DNA of 38,864 nucleotides from an uncultured Bacilli bacterium (GTDB lineage Bacteria; Bacillota_I; Bacilli_A; RF39; UBA660): NCBI GenBank assembly GCA_947627385.1, contig CANQVV010000001.1, positions 1 to 38,864 of the forward strand, read 5' to 3'. Shown piece by piece: positions 36,737 to 38,864 of this stretch (position 1 is its first letter; each line of letters starts with the position of its first letter). The notes under the pieces were generated by a model. It saw only the letters and a program-made list of their open reading frames with translations, ran no database searches and was not told where the DNA came from. The position numbers and the translations under genes were made by a program.

Positions 36737-38638
36737 TCAGTTTAGTAATAAAGTAATTGTTGTTTCGACACTTTGAAAAGTGTTAGCAGCCGGTGACATA
36801 TGAACTACTTTATTACCACTACCAGTATATTTAACTTTAAAATCTTTAAGCATCTTTGTAGCTTCTTCTTTACTCATACCAACTACATCGGGAACTACTA
36901 AATATTTGACATCTAAATAACTATATTCTTTTAACATTCCACCTTCTTTTTCTTTTATCCCTAAGGTTTCAATTGCCGATAACATAATATTTCTAGCAAT
37001 AGGAGCCGATACTGTACCACCATATTGTGTTACTCCTTTGGGATTATCTACTGCAACATAAACAATAACTTCGGGATCATCAGCAGGTAAAAAACCAATA
37101 AAAGATAAAATGTAATTACCAACCATATACTTACCATTAGCAACTTTTTGAGCCGTTCCGGTTTTACCACCTACTCGATAATTTTCAATATAAGCATTTT
37201 TTCCTGTACCATTAGCCACTACACTTTCTAAAACAAATCTAGCTGTGGCACTTGTTTCTTTACTAATTACTTTTCTTTTAGTTTGTTTTTTATTTTCATA
37301 AATAATAGATTTACTACTATCATCAATAATACTTTTAACAACATAAGGGGTATTTAAATAACCACCATTAATAACAGCTGATACCGCTGTTATTTGTTGG
37401 ATGGGCGTTACACTTATTCCTTGGCCAAAAGCAGTTGTAGCAAGCTCTACGGGTCCCATATCCTTATTTTGAAATAAAATACCATTACCCTCACCATTTA
37501 AATCAATTCCTGTTTTAGAACCAAAACCAAATTTACGAATATAACTCATCAATTTTTCTACCCCTAGTTTATTTCCTAAGGAAACAAAACCAGGGTTACA
37601 AGAATTTTCAACTACTTCTAAGTATGTTTGTGTACCATGGCCACCATGTTTCCAACAATGTAAAGTGGCACCATCAACAGTAATTGCTCCGGTATCTGTA
37701 AAGGTATCTTTAAATAAATCGACAGTTTTTTCTTCTATACTACTAGCCAAAGTAATTATTTTGAATGTAGATCCTGGTTCATAAGTCATCCAAATAGGTA
37801 AATTACGATTAATTACTTCTTCACTAAATTGTTGATAATTATCGGGATCAAAAGATGGTTTACTGCCCATAGCTAATATTTCTCCACTTTTAGGATTCAT
37901 TACAATAGCTAAGGCATGTTCAGAATTATATTTATCCATAGCATTATTTATTTCATTATCGACAGCCTTAATAAGTTCAATATCTAAGGTAAGTTTTAAG
38001 GTCATCCCCGGAGAGGGAGCTACATAACTATCTGGTAGTTCTAGTTTATTACCTTTACCATCACTATAATATTTAAGTTCACCATTTGTACCAGTTAAAT
38101 ATTTATCATAGGTAAGTTCTAAGCCAGATAAACCTTGATTATCACTACCAACAAAGCCAATAATATGCGCAAGTGTTTCTCCATAAGGATAATATCTTTT
38201 AGAATCAACTACTAAGTATACACCATCATAACCAAGTTTATCTATCTTATCAGCTACTTCACTATCTATATCCATACCTTTTCTAATAATTTCCATACTA
38301 CTATGTTTAGAGACATATTTATAAACATCATCATAATCACAATTTAGAATTTCTGCTATATCTTTTGCCACTTTTTCTTTATCTTTAATTTGATTTGGAA
38401 CAACATAAATTGTTGTAGTTACTAAACTAGTAGCAAGTATATTACCATTTCTATCAACTATATCTCCTCTTGGTGCATTAATAGTCATTTTTCTGCTCCA
38501 TAGATCTTCGGTAATTTTAGAAAGCTTATTATAAGATATTACTTGAATATAAAATACTTTACCTATTACTAATAATAAAATTATAATTACTACTAAAAAT
38601 GTAAAACGTATTCTAATATGAATATCATTAAAAAACAT
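36737..38638 (-). CDS. spoVD: Class B penicillin-binding protein, SpoVD-like, with C-terminal PASTA domain
   Basis: YEPGSTFK, NSCNPGF (the SCN motif typical of SpoVD) and GKTGTAQK; start at MFFN after GGTG. Confidence 0.85.
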   Translation of the reverse strand: MFFNDIHIRIRFTFLVVIIILLLVIGKVFYIQVISYNKLSKITEDLWSRKMTINAPRGDIVDRNGNILATSLVTTTIYVVPNQIKDKEKVAKDIAEILNCDYDDVYKYVSKHSSMEIIRKGMDIDSEVADKIDKLGYDGVYLVVDSKRYYPYGETLAHIIGFVGSDNQGLSGLELTYDKYLTGTNGELKYYSDGKGNKLELPDSYVAPSPGMTLKLTLDIELIKAVDNEINNAMDKYNSEHALAIVMNPKSGEILAMGSKPSFDPDNYQQFSEEVINRNLPIWMTYEPGSTFKIITLASSIEEKTVDLFKDTFTDTGAITVDGATLHCWKHGGHGTQTYLEVVENSCNPGFVSLGNKLGVEKLMSYIRKFGFGSKTGIDLNGEGNGILFQNKDMGPVELATTAFGQGISVTPIQQITAVSAVINGGYLNTPYVVKSIIDDSSKSIIYENKKQTKRKVISKETSATARFVLESVVANGTGKNAYIENYRVGGKTGTAQKVANGKYMVGNYILSFIGFLPADDPEVIVYVAVDNPKGVTQYGGTVSAPIARNIMLSAIETLGIKEKEGGMLKEYSYLDVKYLVVPDVVGMSKEEATKMLKDFKVKYTGSGNKVVHMSPAANTFQSVETTITLLLN

Positions 38639-38653
38639 ATTATTCACCACTTA

Positions 38654-38682
38654 ATAATATGTTTTTTAACTAACTTATATTA
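38654..38682 (-). promoter_or_regulatory. Possible sigma-E-type promoter of spoVD
   Basis: TAATATAA-13-CATATTAT resembles the sigma-E consensus ATA..CATAcaaT; weak given the AT richness. Confidence 0.35.
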
Positions 38683-38725
38683 ATCAGCAATATTTGTTGC
38701 TAAAATTAATTTCGAATTAATATTT

Positions 38726-38864
38726 TTAATTATTAAACTTATACCATAAAAGTAAATTAGATTTATCTACCGGATTTGGTATATTTGTATAATTTGCTTT
38801 AATTTCTTCTTCACTTAATGCTCGATCAAATATTAAGGCATCACTGAATGTAACATATGAAAAG
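38726..38864 (-). CDS. 3' end of a LamG-like jellyroll domain protein (partial); not in the ORF track
   Basis: Reads FSDALIFDRALSEEEIKANY...LLLWYKFNN*, a typical LamG/ConA-like C-terminus. Confidence 0.7.
   Translation of the reverse strand, partial: FSYVTFSDALIFDRALSEEEIKANYTNIPNPVDKSNLLLWYKFNN

Noticed and set aside
36764-36770. Spo0A-box-like TGTCGAA/TTCGACA (also near 15128, 24613 and 28740)
   Set aside because: All copies lie inside coding regions, and a 7-mer is expected by chance.
1-38864. Genetic code 4 (TGA=Trp), suggested by the extreme AT richness and in-frame TGAs at 278 and in the T7SS leader
   Set aside because: Long conserved genes are uninterrupted under code 11 and use TGG for Trp, and spoVD ends in TGA at the expected position.
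1-38864. CRISPR array, tRNA or rRNA genes
   Set aside because: No regularly spaced repeats or cloverleaf/rRNA-like GC-rich segments were seen in the short intergenic regions.

Overview
Very AT-rich chromosomal window from a reduced-genome, probably gut-associated, low-GC Bacilli/Firmicutes lineage (RF39-like by inference). It uses the standard code: TGA is a stop and TGG is Trp. Almost all genes lie on the minus strand. The backbone is housekeeping and sporulation genes: spoVD-like PBP, mraY, spoVE/ftsW, lemA, recD2, T-box-controlled alaS, ylbJ/ylbL, rimM-trmD, rplS-lepB-rbgA-rnhB and an LTA-synthase-family gene. The main accessory block (13.5-24.5 kb) is an unusually minimal type VII secretion locus. 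It has five small WXG100-like genes, one long helical/coiled-coil candidate substrate, a ubiquitin-like EsaB/YukD and a 1542-aa EssC, with no esaA/essA/essB in the window. An internally deleted tnpB element that keeps a structured 3' (omegaRNA-like) region sits upstream, and three type IV pilin-like genes sit downstream. Other notable items are a bile salt hydrolase inserted in the lepB-rbgA operon, a frameshifted fragment of a phage-type large polyvalent protein, a probable ATT start codon for spoVE, a G9 tract inside a consensus promoter spacer, and a fused IS3/ISL3 remnant. No rRNA, tRNA or CRISPR array was seen. All family calls come from motif recognition by eye; no database search was run.
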